This document shows positions 47,725-57,179 of a stretch of 64,000 nt of DNA, in pieces. The DNA is from a virus (lineage: Duplodnaviria; Heunggongvirae; Uroviricota; Caudoviricetes): the IMG/VR virus record IMGVR_UViG_3300042483_000604. One strand, 5' to 3'. Each line of letters starts with the position of its first letter. Within the stretch, counting starts at the first letter, position 1. The translations under genes and the position numbers were made by a program. The notes beneath the pieces were generated by a model that saw only the letters and a list, made by a program, of their open reading frames with translations, had not been told where the DNA came from and did not search any database.

Positions 47725-48933
47725 TTATTTAATAATTCCTGCTAACTTCTGCCATCTTGATACTTGCTCAGATACTTCTGATAAGATTTCTTTTGGTGCA
47801 GTTGTTTGTGCATTACCTGTTGCTTTAGAAGCAAAAGATCTGTGCTCTTTAATTGTAGCTGGTTTAGCAACTACGTTTTTAGAAACTGTTTCGAAAACTA
47901 ATTTTACTTCTTTAACTGTCTCTGCTTTGTCAAAAGCTGCGATAACGTTTACTTTTTGACCTTCAGATAAGTTGTTTGATTTGAATACTTTATTTACATA
48001 AAGTAATTTTGCATTTAAAAGGTTAACTTCTTGAAGTTGTCCTCTTAGAGCTTCTACAGTTGCTAATGCTTCTGCTAAGTCTTCAGATTCTTCACTTATT
48101 TTATGACCTTTTGTCATACCGTGTCCTGTTAATCCTGCTTTTTTAGCTTTCTCCTGTGCTGCTGCTATTGCTCTTTCAATTGCTTGAATAGCTGGATTTT
48201 CTTTACCGAATTTGTCCATTTGAGCAGAAACTCTATCTAACCACTCTTCAAAGCCTTCTTCTAAGTTTTCAGATTCTCCTTCAAATACTTTATGACCTTT
48301 TGTCATACCTGTACCTGTTAATCCTGCTTTCTTAGCTTTTTCTTGAGCTGCTGCTACTGCTTTTTCGATAGCTTGAATAGCTGGATTTTCTTTACCAAAT
48401 TTCTCCATTTGAGCAGAAACTCTATCTAACCACTCTTCAAAGCCTTCCGATAATGTATCCTCTTGAGCTAATTCTGCTAACAATTCGTTAATATCGATCT
48501 CTTCTGAATCACCGTCCATGCTTACCATATCTTCTTCTCCTTCTGGAGTTTCCATACCTGTTAATTCTTCTTCTGATTCGTCGTGACCTACTTCTTGTGA
48601 AACGATATCACGGATAAGATCTTTTAAGTCCTCGATAGACATATCTTCGATTTCCACTTCTTCTTCTCCTTCTTCGCTTTCCTCTTCAGCTCCCTCTTCT
48701 TCAGCCTCTTCTCCTTCTTCTGCTTCTACCTCTTCTTCTTCAGCTTCGTAGATGTTTTCATCCATTACTTCCTCATCTTCTTTTTCTTCCATTTCTTGCA
48801 ATTTTGCAGCAAGCATGTCTTTTAAGTGTGGAGTTAATGTTTCTTCTAAAGCTTCTTTAGCGTTGGCGATTGCAGCTTCACGAATAGTTTTAGCTTCAGC
48901 AATAGCTTGCTTTAATAAATCTTTGTTTGACAT
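47725..48933 (-). CDS. Prohead scaffolding protein (T4 gp22-like)
   Basis: Very acidic coiled-coil ORF directly upstream of the MCP; LQEVNLLNAKLLY...FDKAETVKEVKLVFET. Confidence 0.8.
   Translation of the reverse strand: MSNKDLLKQAIAEAKTIREAAIANAKEALEETLTPHLKDMLAAKLQEMEEKEDEEVMDENIYEAEEEEVEAEEGEEAEEEGAEEESEEGEEEVEIEDMSIEDLKDLIRDIVSQEVGHDESEEELTGMETPEGEEDMVSMDGDSEEIDINELLAELAQEDTLSEGFEEWLDRVSAQMEKFGKENPAIQAIEKAVAAAQEKAKKAGLTGTGMTKGHKVFEGESENLEEGFEEWLDRVSAQMDKFGKENPAIQAIERAIAAAQEKAKKAGLTGHGMTKGHKISEESEDLAEALATVEALRGQLQEVNLLNAKLLYVNKVFKSNNLSEGQKVNVIAAFDKAETVKEVKLVFETVSKNVVAKPATIKEHRSFASKATGNAQTTAPKEILSEVSEQVSRWQKLAGIIK
48085..48447 (-). repeat. Tandem 189-nt (63-aa) duplication inside the scaffold gene
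   Basis: CACTCTTCAAAGCCTTC at 48242 and 48431; EGFEEWLDRVSAQM(E/D)KFGKENPAIQAIE...GMTKGHK occurs twice. Confidence 0.92.
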
Positions 48934-49064
48934 AATTTGTGTTTGTTTGTCGTACGTCTATTGTAGTATGTGAGACGTAATAATGTTTTACTTTGTAGTA
49001 GATATCATATAAGTGTCATGATATATTCTTAAATAAATATACATATATTTTCAAAACATAAAAA

Positions 49065-49085
49065 ACCCGTCTTTATAGGACGGGT
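49065..49085 (-). terminator. Rho-independent terminator
   Basis: Minus strand ACCCGTC-CTATAAA-GACGGGT followed by TTTTT. Confidence 0.8.
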
Positions 49086-49096
49086 ATGTTGTGTTA

Positions 49097-49570
49097 TCAA
49101 TAGTCTGCTGCTTGAGTGACTAGTTCATTCCATTCAGGAATTTTTCCTAGCATGTCTAATACGTCTTGGTGATCGTTATCAATTAAGTAGTTTATAACTG
49201 CTTGAATTTGGCTTAATGATTCGAAGTCCATCTCTTCATTTACCTTCTTTGTATTGTCGATTGATTTATTTTCATCTAGGTCTTCTGGGTCGTATATATC
49301 TTCTAATTTGTTTCCTTCAAAATCAACTGCATATCCATACCCTTCTTTTACATCTCCGTCATCATCTTGAACTTCACCTGTTATAAAGTACCCGTTCTTA
49401 TGTTTAGTTATTGAAATAATTATTCCATCATCTAAAGGATCTTGTTCTTCGACTGCAAAGCGTGTACCTCCTAAAGTAACTTCTTCTACTTCTACATTCT
49501 CTTTTATAAGTTTTGAATTAGCAGTTAATTTATTTTCTACTAAGAATTTTTTTAAATTAAAATTTTCCAT
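49097..49570 (-). CDS. Acidic hypothetical head-region protein
   Basis: Begins MENFNLKKFLVENKLTANSKLIKEN. Confidence 0.6.
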   Translation of the reverse strand: MENFNLKKFLVENKLTANSKLIKENVEVEEVTLGGTRFAVEEQDPLDDGIIISITKHKNGYFITGEVQDDDGDVKEGYGYAVDFEGNKLEDIYDPEDLDENKSIDNTKKVNEEMDFESLSQIQAVINYLIDNDHQDVLDMLGKIPEWNELVTQAADY

Positions 49571-49582
49571 CTTAAAGTTATT

Positions 49583-49819
49583 TTATCCTAAATGACCTAA
49601 GTTATATAAAGCTTCTTCTATATCTACTTCTACATCGTTAAATGGATTTTCGTTAGAAGCTATTTGATTTGCTTCCTTATACTCTTCCATTATATCTAGT
49701 GCAATCTTTAAATGTCTCTTTACTTCAAGTGCTACCGTATCTTGAGTTATCTGTTCATTCAAAGATACTTTCTTTAAATGTTTAGCTTGCCAGTTATGTA
49801 TATCGAAATTGTTTTCCAT
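49583..49819 (-). CDS. Small hypothetical head-region protein
   Basis: Begins MENNFDIHNW...SLNEQ. Confidence 0.55.
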   Translation of the reverse strand: MENNFDIHNWQAKHLKKVSLNEQITQDTVALEVKRHLKIALDIMEEYKEANQIASNENPFNDVEVDIEEALYNLGHLG

Positions 49820-50400
49820 TATGCTCTTAGTATATTGTTAATAATAGAATCTAATCTATCGTATTTTCCTACTGCTTGTTTCCCTTCATTCAATGAAATT
49901 GGATTCATAAATGCTCCTTGTGTAGAAGGATTAGAAACGAAATCCCAGCATACTAATTCAAAGTCTGGTTGAACCATTAAAGTTCCTTCGTTTGTCTGTG
50001 TTACTGATCCTGTTCCTCTTGAAGAGATTCCAATTGTATGCCCTCCTCTTAATATCTCTTTCACGATATTTCCTGAAGGTGTGTTTAGTAATTCTACTTT
50101 ACCCATCAAATCATCTCCATCCCACCATAAGTCTTTTACAACATGTGATGCATTCTTTAAAGATACGATTGCTGATTCTGGATGATCTAATTCTCCGTAA
50201 GCATTTCCAACTTTAACAAAATTCTCTATGTAGTTTTGAACTTCTTGTTCAAGAATTTCTCTTTTATAGATTCTTCCGTTTTGATTCTTAGCTCCTGCTC
50301 TTTGCATGATACCTGTTACCTCAAAAACTCCTGGTTTAGTTTTTGATTCGGTAAGAAGTCCTTTGAAAGGAGTTACATTTATTAATAGTGGATTGTTCAT
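49819..50400 (-). CDS. gp21: Prohead protease (T4 gp21-like)
   Basis: NQNGRIY, YGELDHP, GISSRG, WDFVSNPS. Confidence 0.93.
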   Translation of the reverse strand: MNNPLLINVTPFKGLLTESKTKPGVFEVTGIMQRAGAKNQNGRIYKREILEQEVQNYIENFVKVGNAYGELDHPESAIVSLKNASHVVKDLWWDGDDLMGKVELLNTPSGNIVKEILRGGHTIGISSRGTGSVTQTNEGTLMVQPDFELVCWDFVSNPSTQGAFMNPISLNEGKQAVGKYDRLDSIINNILRA

Positions 50401-51485
50401 TATAGTAAATCTTTTAATGATATTGATTCATCCATAGTAAAACCGCCAATAAAATCATCTACTTCTTTTGGTGTTTCTAAAGATGTAAATAAATCCCATG
50501 TATTAGCTCCTTCATCTTCAATATTAGCTTCAATTTCTTTAGCTTTTGCAGCACCGTATTTCTGTACTATGTAAGTTGGAGCATAAAATTTATCCGCATT
50601 TTCATCCATTCCTTCTCTGTCAGCTTCGAATCTATCTTGATTTGCTAAGCTCTGCAAAGCTCCTGCTTTTGCTCTATCAATTAGAGATAGTAAATGTTTG
50701 AATTTAATATCCTTAGTAGTTGATGCTTGAGTTTGTGCTTGCTTGTGTAATTTTTCAAACTTAGAAGGTTCAGTTTCGTACATAGTCATTAATTTACGAA
50801 CCATGTTTTTATCTGCTTCTGCATCTGTAGCTTCGTCTAATTCTCCATCAATCATTGGATCTGAGAAGTTCTCATCATCGTAATCGATATCATCTTCTCC
50901 ATACATTTCGTATACCTCTTCCTCTTCTTTGTAGCTTTCAACATCCATTACCTCTTCAGATAATACTCTTTTGATAAGTTTTTTAAAGCCTTCTTTTAAC
51001 TCTGCTTTTTTCATACCGTTAAAAGTATCTACAGTATTTTTTGCTGTAGCATCTACCATCTTATCGTGAAGGTCCACTTTTGGATTAACTCCTGCTAATT
51101 GATTTGTATAGAAGATAGAATCTTTTGCTAAGTTTTTAGATACTTTTGCTAATGCTTTTGCATATTCTTCTGCTGTTGGTGTCCCAAAAACTCCTGCTAC
51201 TTCTAACTCAACTCTAATTCCTCTAAGAATTTGTTCGTATGGATACTTATCCATTTCGTTAGTTGGTTTATATCTGTAGTCAGTTAGGTTATTCTTAGTA
51301 AGTCTAGCTTCTTCTACTCTAGCTTCTTGAATCATTCCTCTGTTCTTTAAAATCTGAACAGCATCATCGTATCCGTTAAAACGAGTAATTAGCTGTGGTT
51401 GTTGCATTCTAGCTTCTGCTAAGAAATGTTCTTTAGAGAATTTTCCCTCTTGAATTGCGTTATATTTTTCTTGTAAAGTTCTCAT
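50400..51485 (-). CDS. Acidic hypothetical head-region protein
   Basis: ORF between the portal-linked genes and the protease; many LxE motifs. Confidence 0.6.
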   Translation of the reverse strand: MRTLQEKYNAIQEGKFSKEHFLAEARMQQPQLITRFNGYDDAVQILKNRGMIQEARVEEARLTKNNLTDYRYKPTNEMDKYPYEQILRGIRVELEVAGVFGTPTAEEYAKALAKVSKNLAKDSIFYTNQLAGVNPKVDLHDKMVDATAKNTVDTFNGMKKAELKEGFKKLIKRVLSEEVMDVESYKEEEEVYEMYGEDDIDYDDENFSDPMIDGELDEATDAEADKNMVRKLMTMYETEPSKFEKLHKQAQTQASTTKDIKFKHLLSLIDRAKAGALQSLANQDRFEADREGMDENADKFYAPTYIVQKYGAAKAKEIEANIEDEGANTWDLFTSLETPKEVDDFIGGFTMDESISLKDLL

Positions 51486-51486
51486 A

Positions 51487-51708
51487 TTATTTATTTTCGT
51501 CTAAGTAATCAAACATTTTAGTATGTGAAGGACGTTTAGGTCTTTCAACTGTTTTATAACCTAATTTTTCAGCCGTTTTAGTAGCTACATTCTTACCTTG
51601 TCCTTTTTTAGAGAAAGCATTTTTAGTTAAGTATCCTCCTACTGCTCCAGTTGTGTTCATCTCCTCTAAGACTTCCTGTATTGCTTTTACTACCTGTGAT
51701 CTTTTCAT
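51487..51708 (-). CDS. Small hypothetical protein
   Basis: VLEEMNTTGAVGGYLTKNAF. Confidence 0.6.
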   Translation of the reverse strand: MKRSQVVKAIQEVLEEMNTTGAVGGYLTKNAFSKKGQGKNVATKTAEKLGYKTVERPKRPSHTKMFDYLDENK

Positions 51709-52559
51709 AAATTTCTTAATTCATTTACTAATTCATAGTACTGCATTAATGAAACTAAGTGATTATCTTCTACTTTTTGAGTATTTTTAACAGGTGTAAT
51801 TGCTTTTTGGATCTCTTCTAATTTAATTTTAACTACTTTATCTGCAACGTTTTCTTTCAACTTAGAAATTTCTTTTTGTAGTTTTTCCATTTCTTCGTTT
51901 ACTACGTTTCTCAGTCTTGCTGATGAATTAACTGAAACGATAAACTCTTTTAATATGTTTTTTTGTTCTGGGAGAAGATCTTTATACTGATCGTTAAATT
52001 TCTCTAATAGTATCTTGTATGTAAGTAGTCTTAGATCTTTATCGTATTTTGAATACTCTTCAATTAAAGCATCTTTTACTTTTCCGTCTGTTAATTTACT
52101 TTGAGTTAAGTGTTCCAGTAGGGTTGTTTTATTATCTACAAATATATCTAAGTCAACAAGACCTGATGTTGCTTGTGCTTCCATTAAGCAATATAAAGCT
52201 GCTAAAGGTTTATAAGTTTCTACTTTAATAGAAAAGAATTCTTCTAAGTCATAGTGACTTTTAAGTTCTTTTATTAACTCGTACTTTTGTTTTTTAAGTG
52301 AGTTAGCATCAAGTTTTCTAGAGATCTCTACAATAGTACTTAGTACTGATTCTGCTTTTTTCGAACCTACCCCTTTATTCTTTAATATAAAATCATAAAG
52401 TTTAAATTCCTTTACTAGTGTTGTATTTCCTGTATAGAATTTTCTTAGTACCGATAATGCCGGAGATTCTCTTTTTGATAGAGTATCTGCAGCGATTTGC
52501 TTTACTAATAGTTCGTAGATTAAGCCTGTGTTTTTATACTTACTGTGTTTAATACGCAT
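51705..52559 (-). CDS. Conserved head-module protein
   Basis: MRIKHSKYKNTGLIYELLVKQI...; directly downstream of the portal gene. Confidence 0.65.
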   Translation of the reverse strand: MRIKHSKYKNTGLIYELLVKQIAADTLSKRESPALSVLRKFYTGNTTLVKEFKLYDFILKNKGVGSKKAESVLSTIVEISRKLDANSLKKQKYELIKELKSHYDLEEFFSIKVETYKPLAALYCLMEAQATSGLVDLDIFVDNKTTLLEHLTQSKLTDGKVKDALIEEYSKYDKDLRLLTYKILLEKFNDQYKDLLPEQKNILKEFIVSVNSSARLRNVVNEEMEKLQKEISKLKENVADKVVKIKLEEIQKAITPVKNTQKVEDNHLVSLMQYYELVNELRNL

Positions 52560-52588
52560 CTTAGGTATGTCTTTGTTATAAATAGTGT

Positions 52589-54442
52589 CTAGTTATCTAA
52601 ATCCTTAATATTCTCTTCATTTAAAAGATCTAGCTCTTTCTCCGCCTCTTGTTCAAAGAGGTTTTGCTTTTTACCAGTGAATATATTCTTGTTTCTAAGA
52701 AAAACTGACATTGTATTATTTATGCCTTCTTTAACGTTTTCATTATCGCTTGGAAAGCCGCCCTTCATTCCTTGAACTCCTAATCTATCTCTCCCACCCA
52801 TAGGATCTGCATTTGTTCCAATTACAGACATTTTTTCTCTAGGTCTTCCAGGTAGATTTTCATCATACCCTGCCGGTAATTCACCTTGCTCTCTTCCGTA
52901 AATTGAAGCTAAATCGTGAGGTGTTCCAAAAGACATTCCTGTTGCTACTGGGTCATTACCTTCGTTTTCAATTTGAGATAATCTAAACTCTCTTTTAGCA
53001 TCCTCTCTGATAAGTTCTCTCATTTCGTTATAGTTATCTTCTGAGATATCAAATAACATATCGTAAATATAATCTGAAGAGAATAATTTAGTTGCTTGCA
53101 TTTGAGTTGCTAAATCAACTTTCTCTTTCCAAAGAGCTACTTTTTCTTGTTCGTAAATAATAGAAGGAGTAGTCAACTTAATTTCAAAGTTTACTAACGA
53201 CTCTTTGTCAAATCCTTGTGAATATAAATGTACTAATCCTATTTTAGTTAATTCACTCTCTACAATTCTTTGAAGTCTTTCTACTGTTCTAGCAAAACGG
53301 ATATCTTCTGCTGCAAGAGTTGCTTTACCTGTAAGATCTTTCTCAAATCCAAAGTATGCTTTAGGCACTTTTAATGCTGCAAACATCTTATCTCTTAAGT
53401 ACTCAATATCATTTGTTCCATCGTAATCAAGTCCTTTAGTAGTCTCAATTCTTGTAGATGTATCTCCACCTCTAACTGGTAAGTAGAAATCCTCCATCAT
53501 GTTTTGCATGTTGAATTTCAAATTATATTGACCTGTTTGTGGATCTACATAAGGAGTTTTCTTAATATTGTTAATTGTTTTTTGCATGAACTGCTCAACT
53601 TCATTTGGTGGAATAGATCCTACGTTAATGTAGAACATTCTCTTCTCAGGAGCTCTCATGATTCTATGAATCAACATTGCATCCTCCATTAAAGTTAATT
53701 GTTTATATATTTTACGAGCTGGTTCAATATAAGATCTACCGTATGGTAGGTAATTTGTATCTGATATTAATCTAAAGTGTGCTACTTCGTAGTTGTCTAA
53801 TTTAATTACATTCTTATCGTTATTTGGAATATAATTTGGATCTGATGAAGAAGCTAATCCGTCTGGATCGATTGAGAATGTTACTTTGGTTGGATCATCT
53901 TTATCCATCCCCTCATGTCTTACCATATGGTAAACTGTATATGGAATAACATTATATACTCCAAACTTTTCTGATACTTCTAATTTTAAAAAGAAGTCCC
54001 CGTACTTGCACATATTTCTAACCCATGACCATAGGTTAAATTCGATGTTTAATACATCGTAGTATAAATTATAAAGGACTCTTTGTATGTTTTCGTCTGT
54101 AGATTTAATTGAAAGAACCTCCCCCATTGCACTCTTCAATGTAGATTCATCTGCTAAGATATCTAAAGTAGAAGCAATAAGTGGATCTGTGTCCATTGCT
54201 TCATAGTCTGAGTATAGTTGTATCCTTAATGTCTGGTAATTAAGGTTTGGGTTAAAGATGTTCTTATTATTGTAGATATATAAACGAGAGAATCTATCCA
54301 ATAGTGAATTGGTTTGATATTTCCCTGTCGACTGTATGTGATTAATATCAGCAATCTTTAACTCATCTCCTCCTACATTTCTAACTAATATATCAGTTGA
54401 GAATAATCTCTGGAGTGAGGTGAATAAATTTCTTTCTGCCAT
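52589..54442 (-). CDS. gp20: Portal protein (T4 gp20-like)
   Basis: YEAMDTDPLIASTLDILADE, RIMRAPEKRMFYINVG, MMEDFYLPVRG. Confidence 0.95.
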   Translation of the reverse strand: MAERNLFTSLQRLFSTDILVRNVGGDELKIADINHIQSTGKYQTNSLLDRFSRLYIYNNKNIFNPNLNYQTLRIQLYSDYEAMDTDPLIASTLDILADESTLKSAMGEVLSIKSTDENIQRVLYNLYYDVLNIEFNLWSWVRNMCKYGDFFLKLEVSEKFGVYNVIPYTVYHMVRHEGMDKDDPTKVTFSIDPDGLASSSDPNYIPNNDKNVIKLDNYEVAHFRLISDTNYLPYGRSYIEPARKIYKQLTLMEDAMLIHRIMRAPEKRMFYINVGSIPPNEVEQFMQKTINNIKKTPYVDPQTGQYNLKFNMQNMMEDFYLPVRGGDTSTRIETTKGLDYDGTNDIEYLRDKMFAALKVPKAYFGFEKDLTGKATLAAEDIRFARTVERLQRIVESELTKIGLVHLYSQGFDKESLVNFEIKLTTPSIIYEQEKVALWKEKVDLATQMQATKLFSSDYIYDMLFDISEDNYNEMRELIREDAKREFRLSQIENEGNDPVATGMSFGTPHDLASIYGREQGELPAGYDENLPGRPREKMSVIGTNADPMGGRDRLGVQGMKGGFPSDNENVKEGINNTMSVFLRNKNIFTGKKQNLFEQEAEKELDLLNEENIKDLDN

Positions 54443-54471
54443 TTTAAAATGTTTTATTTATAAATAGTAAC

Positions 54472-56046
54472 TTATCCTAATAGCCAGGTTAAGTCCTCTT
54501 GGCCATTTGGTGTCTCCATAAGATACGGATTATTATGCATAGGAGCAACATTATATACACCAGGAGTTCTTTGGTTAAGATTAACAAAAGAGTTCATTGT
54601 AGCTCTTGAAAGATCCATTCCTTGTTGTCTCATTCTAATGGCTGTATCTCTAACATATAATGCTGTAGCAAAAGCCATAATTAAATCATCATTATACCCT
54701 GACTGTGCCTGTGCTTTACCATTTCTCCATATGAATACCCTCATTTCAGCTAATAACCTCTTAGACTGCACTATAACCGATCTTTCCCGTATGTATTCAG
54801 TCATCTTAGCTATTACTAGAGGTCTAGTCTTTAAGGACATTGTAAATCCTGGTACTAATTTATCTCTTTCGTACTTGGCCATATACGATTCAACTGTTTC
54901 ATTATCTGATCTTGAGGAATAATACAGGTTTTTATACTCTCTGGATATTACTTGTTCAATAGTTGACCATCCGATATTAGCATTTTCTATTACTAGTAAT
55001 GCATCACAATATTCTGTTGCTATTCCTACCAATACGTTTCCGTATTCTTTAGGTGATATCTTACCTTTATACTCTGCAACCTGCACACAGTTCTCAATAT
55101 CAAAGACATGAAAGCCGGAGTAGTCGGTAGAGTCCCCTCTAGCGACGTCGGCAACAACCATATACGACTTTTGATAGTCAGGTGATTCCCATATCCAAAG
55201 ATTTCCGTCTACACCTCTCTTTTCAGTTGGTTCTTTTACATATGTCTCTTCGTAGAAAGCCATATTCTCAACCTCAATTACTGAGTCTCCAGATGATAAG
55301 AAGTCACAATCACACTCTTGAGCTGCTTGTTTCTCTCCTAATTGTCTTGTTTGTTCATCTCTCCAGTCTTGTTTTCTTTCCGGATGCACATCCCATTTTA
55401 ATTTAACAGGTACAAATCCATTCTCTCCTGCTTCAGCTTTTTCCCATGTCTTATGGAACCAGTTTCCTACACCATTTGGAGTAGAAAGAGCCATACATTG
55501 TCCTCCGGTAGCAAGTGTTTGTTGAGCTGCAGTAAATGTTTCTTCAATATTATCAATGAAGGCTGCCTCATCTATTAATAGTAGCGATACCGCTTCTGAA
55601 CGAGCTGCATCTGCGTTAGATGATTTAGCTGTAATTTTAGAACCGTTTTTAAGTCTAAGAGATAATTTATTCTTTTCTGTAAAAGGTAACTGTAACCATT
55701 TTGGTAGATTCTCATACATGAAAATCGTTTTGGTTACAAGGTTTCTAGCTGTTGCTTGAGTAATCGCAAGTGCTAGTACGTTTTTATCTTTATGGAAGAT
55801 CATTAACCATAAAGCATATGCTGAGGCTAGTGTAGAGATTCCTAACTGTCTTGATTTAAGAGTTACTATAAACTTTTCATCTCTAAATAAATGCAGTACT
55901 CCTTCTTGAAACGGGTAGAGGTTAAATAAGATTCTACCTCTGGTCGGATGTTGAATATAGCAATACTTCTTCATGAAGTAAGCCGGGTCTTTTGCACATT
56001 TTATGTACTCTTGTGCAACTATTTGTTTTATATCTTGTTGTGACAT
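54472..56046 (-). CDS. gp17: Terminase large subunit (T4 gp17-like)
   Basis: KSRQLGIST, LLLIDEAAF, STPNG, ADVARGDSTDYS, DDLIMA. Confidence 0.96.
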   Translation of the reverse strand: MSQQDIKQIVAQEYIKCAKDPAYFMKKYCYIQHPTRGRILFNLYPFQEGVLHLFRDEKFIVTLKSRQLGISTLASAYALWLMIFHKDKNVLALAITQATARNLVTKTIFMYENLPKWLQLPFTEKNKLSLRLKNGSKITAKSSNADAARSEAVSLLLIDEAAFIDNIEETFTAAQQTLATGGQCMALSTPNGVGNWFHKTWEKAEAGENGFVPVKLKWDVHPERKQDWRDEQTRQLGEKQAAQECDCDFLSSGDSVIEVENMAFYEETYVKEPTEKRGVDGNLWIWESPDYQKSYMVVADVARGDSTDYSGFHVFDIENCVQVAEYKGKISPKEYGNVLVGIATEYCDALLVIENANIGWSTIEQVISREYKNLYYSSRSDNETVESYMAKYERDKLVPGFTMSLKTRPLVIAKMTEYIRERSVIVQSKRLLAEMRVFIWRNGKAQAQSGYNDDLIMAFATALYVRDTAIRMRQQGMDLSRATMNSFVNLNQRTPGVYNVAPMHNNPYLMETPNGQEDLTWLLG

Positions 56047-56087
56047 ATTATATATGTATATAATATAAATATAGGGATATAAAAAAA

Positions 56088-56106
56088 CCCACCTTTATAG
56101 GGTGGG
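56088..56106 (-). terminator. Rho-independent terminator
   Basis: Minus strand CCCACC...GGTGGG stem followed by TTTTTTT. Confidence 0.75.
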
Positions 56107-56128
56107 CTTGTTTAATTACTCTGTAATA

Positions 56129-57145
56129 TTATTTTCTATTTTCTGCTAAGAATTTTCTTAAGTCAAATCCTTCCTGTAAAGCTTCAGTAGCTTTTTCTTT
56201 AACTGGAGTTTCTTTCTTTTCTTTACCTGAGAATTTTTTATCGAATTCTTTTCTTAATTTCTCTTCTGCTTTTCTTAATGCTGCAATATCTTTACGCATT
56301 TGTTTAACAGCTTTTTGATCGATATGCTCAGCATGCTCTCCTTCTTCTAAAGACCCTACTTTAGCTTCTAAAGCTTCGTAAACTCTTTTCATCTCATCCA
56401 TTTTATATTTGTGAGCTGCTTCGTTTGTTCCGTGTTCAATCTCTTTCATCAATTCTTCAATTGAATTGTATTTTGGAAGAGGTTTTTCTTGTACCATTTC
56501 TTCTTCTGCCATTGGTACTTCTTCTGCCATTGGTACTTCTTCTGCTACAGCCTGTGGTGCTATACCTAAAGCATCTTGAACCATTTCAACAAGTCTTCTC
56601 TCTTTAGCAGTTAATTTTGTTTCTTTCATCATTGGTTTTTTATTATTTTCATAAAGCGATTGAGCAGCCATATCTCCTAACTCTCCTGATTGGTATAATT
56701 CGTCTGTTAATTGCTCCAACTCTTCCTCACTTAAAGGAGTTCCATCTTCAAATTCTGCAGATATAATATATGCATCTACAAAGTCAGGGTAATCGTCTGG
56801 GTCGATTCCATCGATTTGAATAGAGCTGTAATTTACCCCTTCTAATCCTGGTTGTGGTTCTGCTTGTGGTTTAGCAGCTGGTACTTGGTAAGGCTGTACT
56901 GATTTTATTGACTGTACGAAGTCTGGGTTGTCTATAAAGATATCTGCAAAAACCTCTTCTGCTTGTTCTGGTGTTTCTGCATTTAGTATTCTAGAGTCTC
57001 CTCCTCCGTATTTGTTTACGAAACTTACTTGGAAAGCTTTTTGATTCTCATCAAATCCGTCTACTCTTGCTTCTTTAAGAAGTTGTGCATTTTTTGTAAG
57101 GTTATTCTCTGTTAAGAATGATCTTAAATTAAAATTATCTGCCAT
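56129..57145 (-). CDS. Acidic hypothetical head-region protein
   Basis: Starts FNLRSFLTENN and ends FDLRKFLAENRK; internal 18-nt tandem repeat (AEEVPM) at 56501-56545. Confidence 0.65.
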   Translation of the reverse strand: MADNFNLRSFLTENNLTKNAQLLKEARVDGFDENQKAFQVSFVNKYGGGDSRILNAETPEQAEEVFADIFIDNPDFVQSIKSVQPYQVPAAKPQAEPQPGLEGVNYSSIQIDGIDPDDYPDFVDAYIISAEFEDGTPLSEEELEQLTDELYQSGELGDMAAQSLYENNKKPMMKETKLTAKERRLVEMVQDALGIAPQAVAEEVPMAEEVPMAEEEMVQEKPLPKYNSIEELMKEIEHGTNEAAHKYKMDEMKRVYEALEAKVGSLEEGEHAEHIDQKAVKQMRKDIAALRKAEEKLRKEFDKKFSGKEKKETPVKEKATEALQEGFDLRKFLAENRK

Positions 57146-57179
57146 TGTAGTTTATTTTTGTTTATAAATAGTCTATCAT

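Noticed and set aside
2866-56046. Inteins or introns in nrdA, helicase, recombinase, terminase, portal or capsid genes
   Set aside because: The proteins have ordinary lengths with contiguous motifs; no C/S...HN-C/S/T splice signatures or frame breaks were seen.
1366-57170. TATAAATA on the plus strand as true T4-type late promoters driving antisense RNA
   Set aside because: Its placement just upstream of minus-strand starts, often immediately after terminators, fits sense-strand use of the complement better. Antisense activity cannot be excluded without TSS data.
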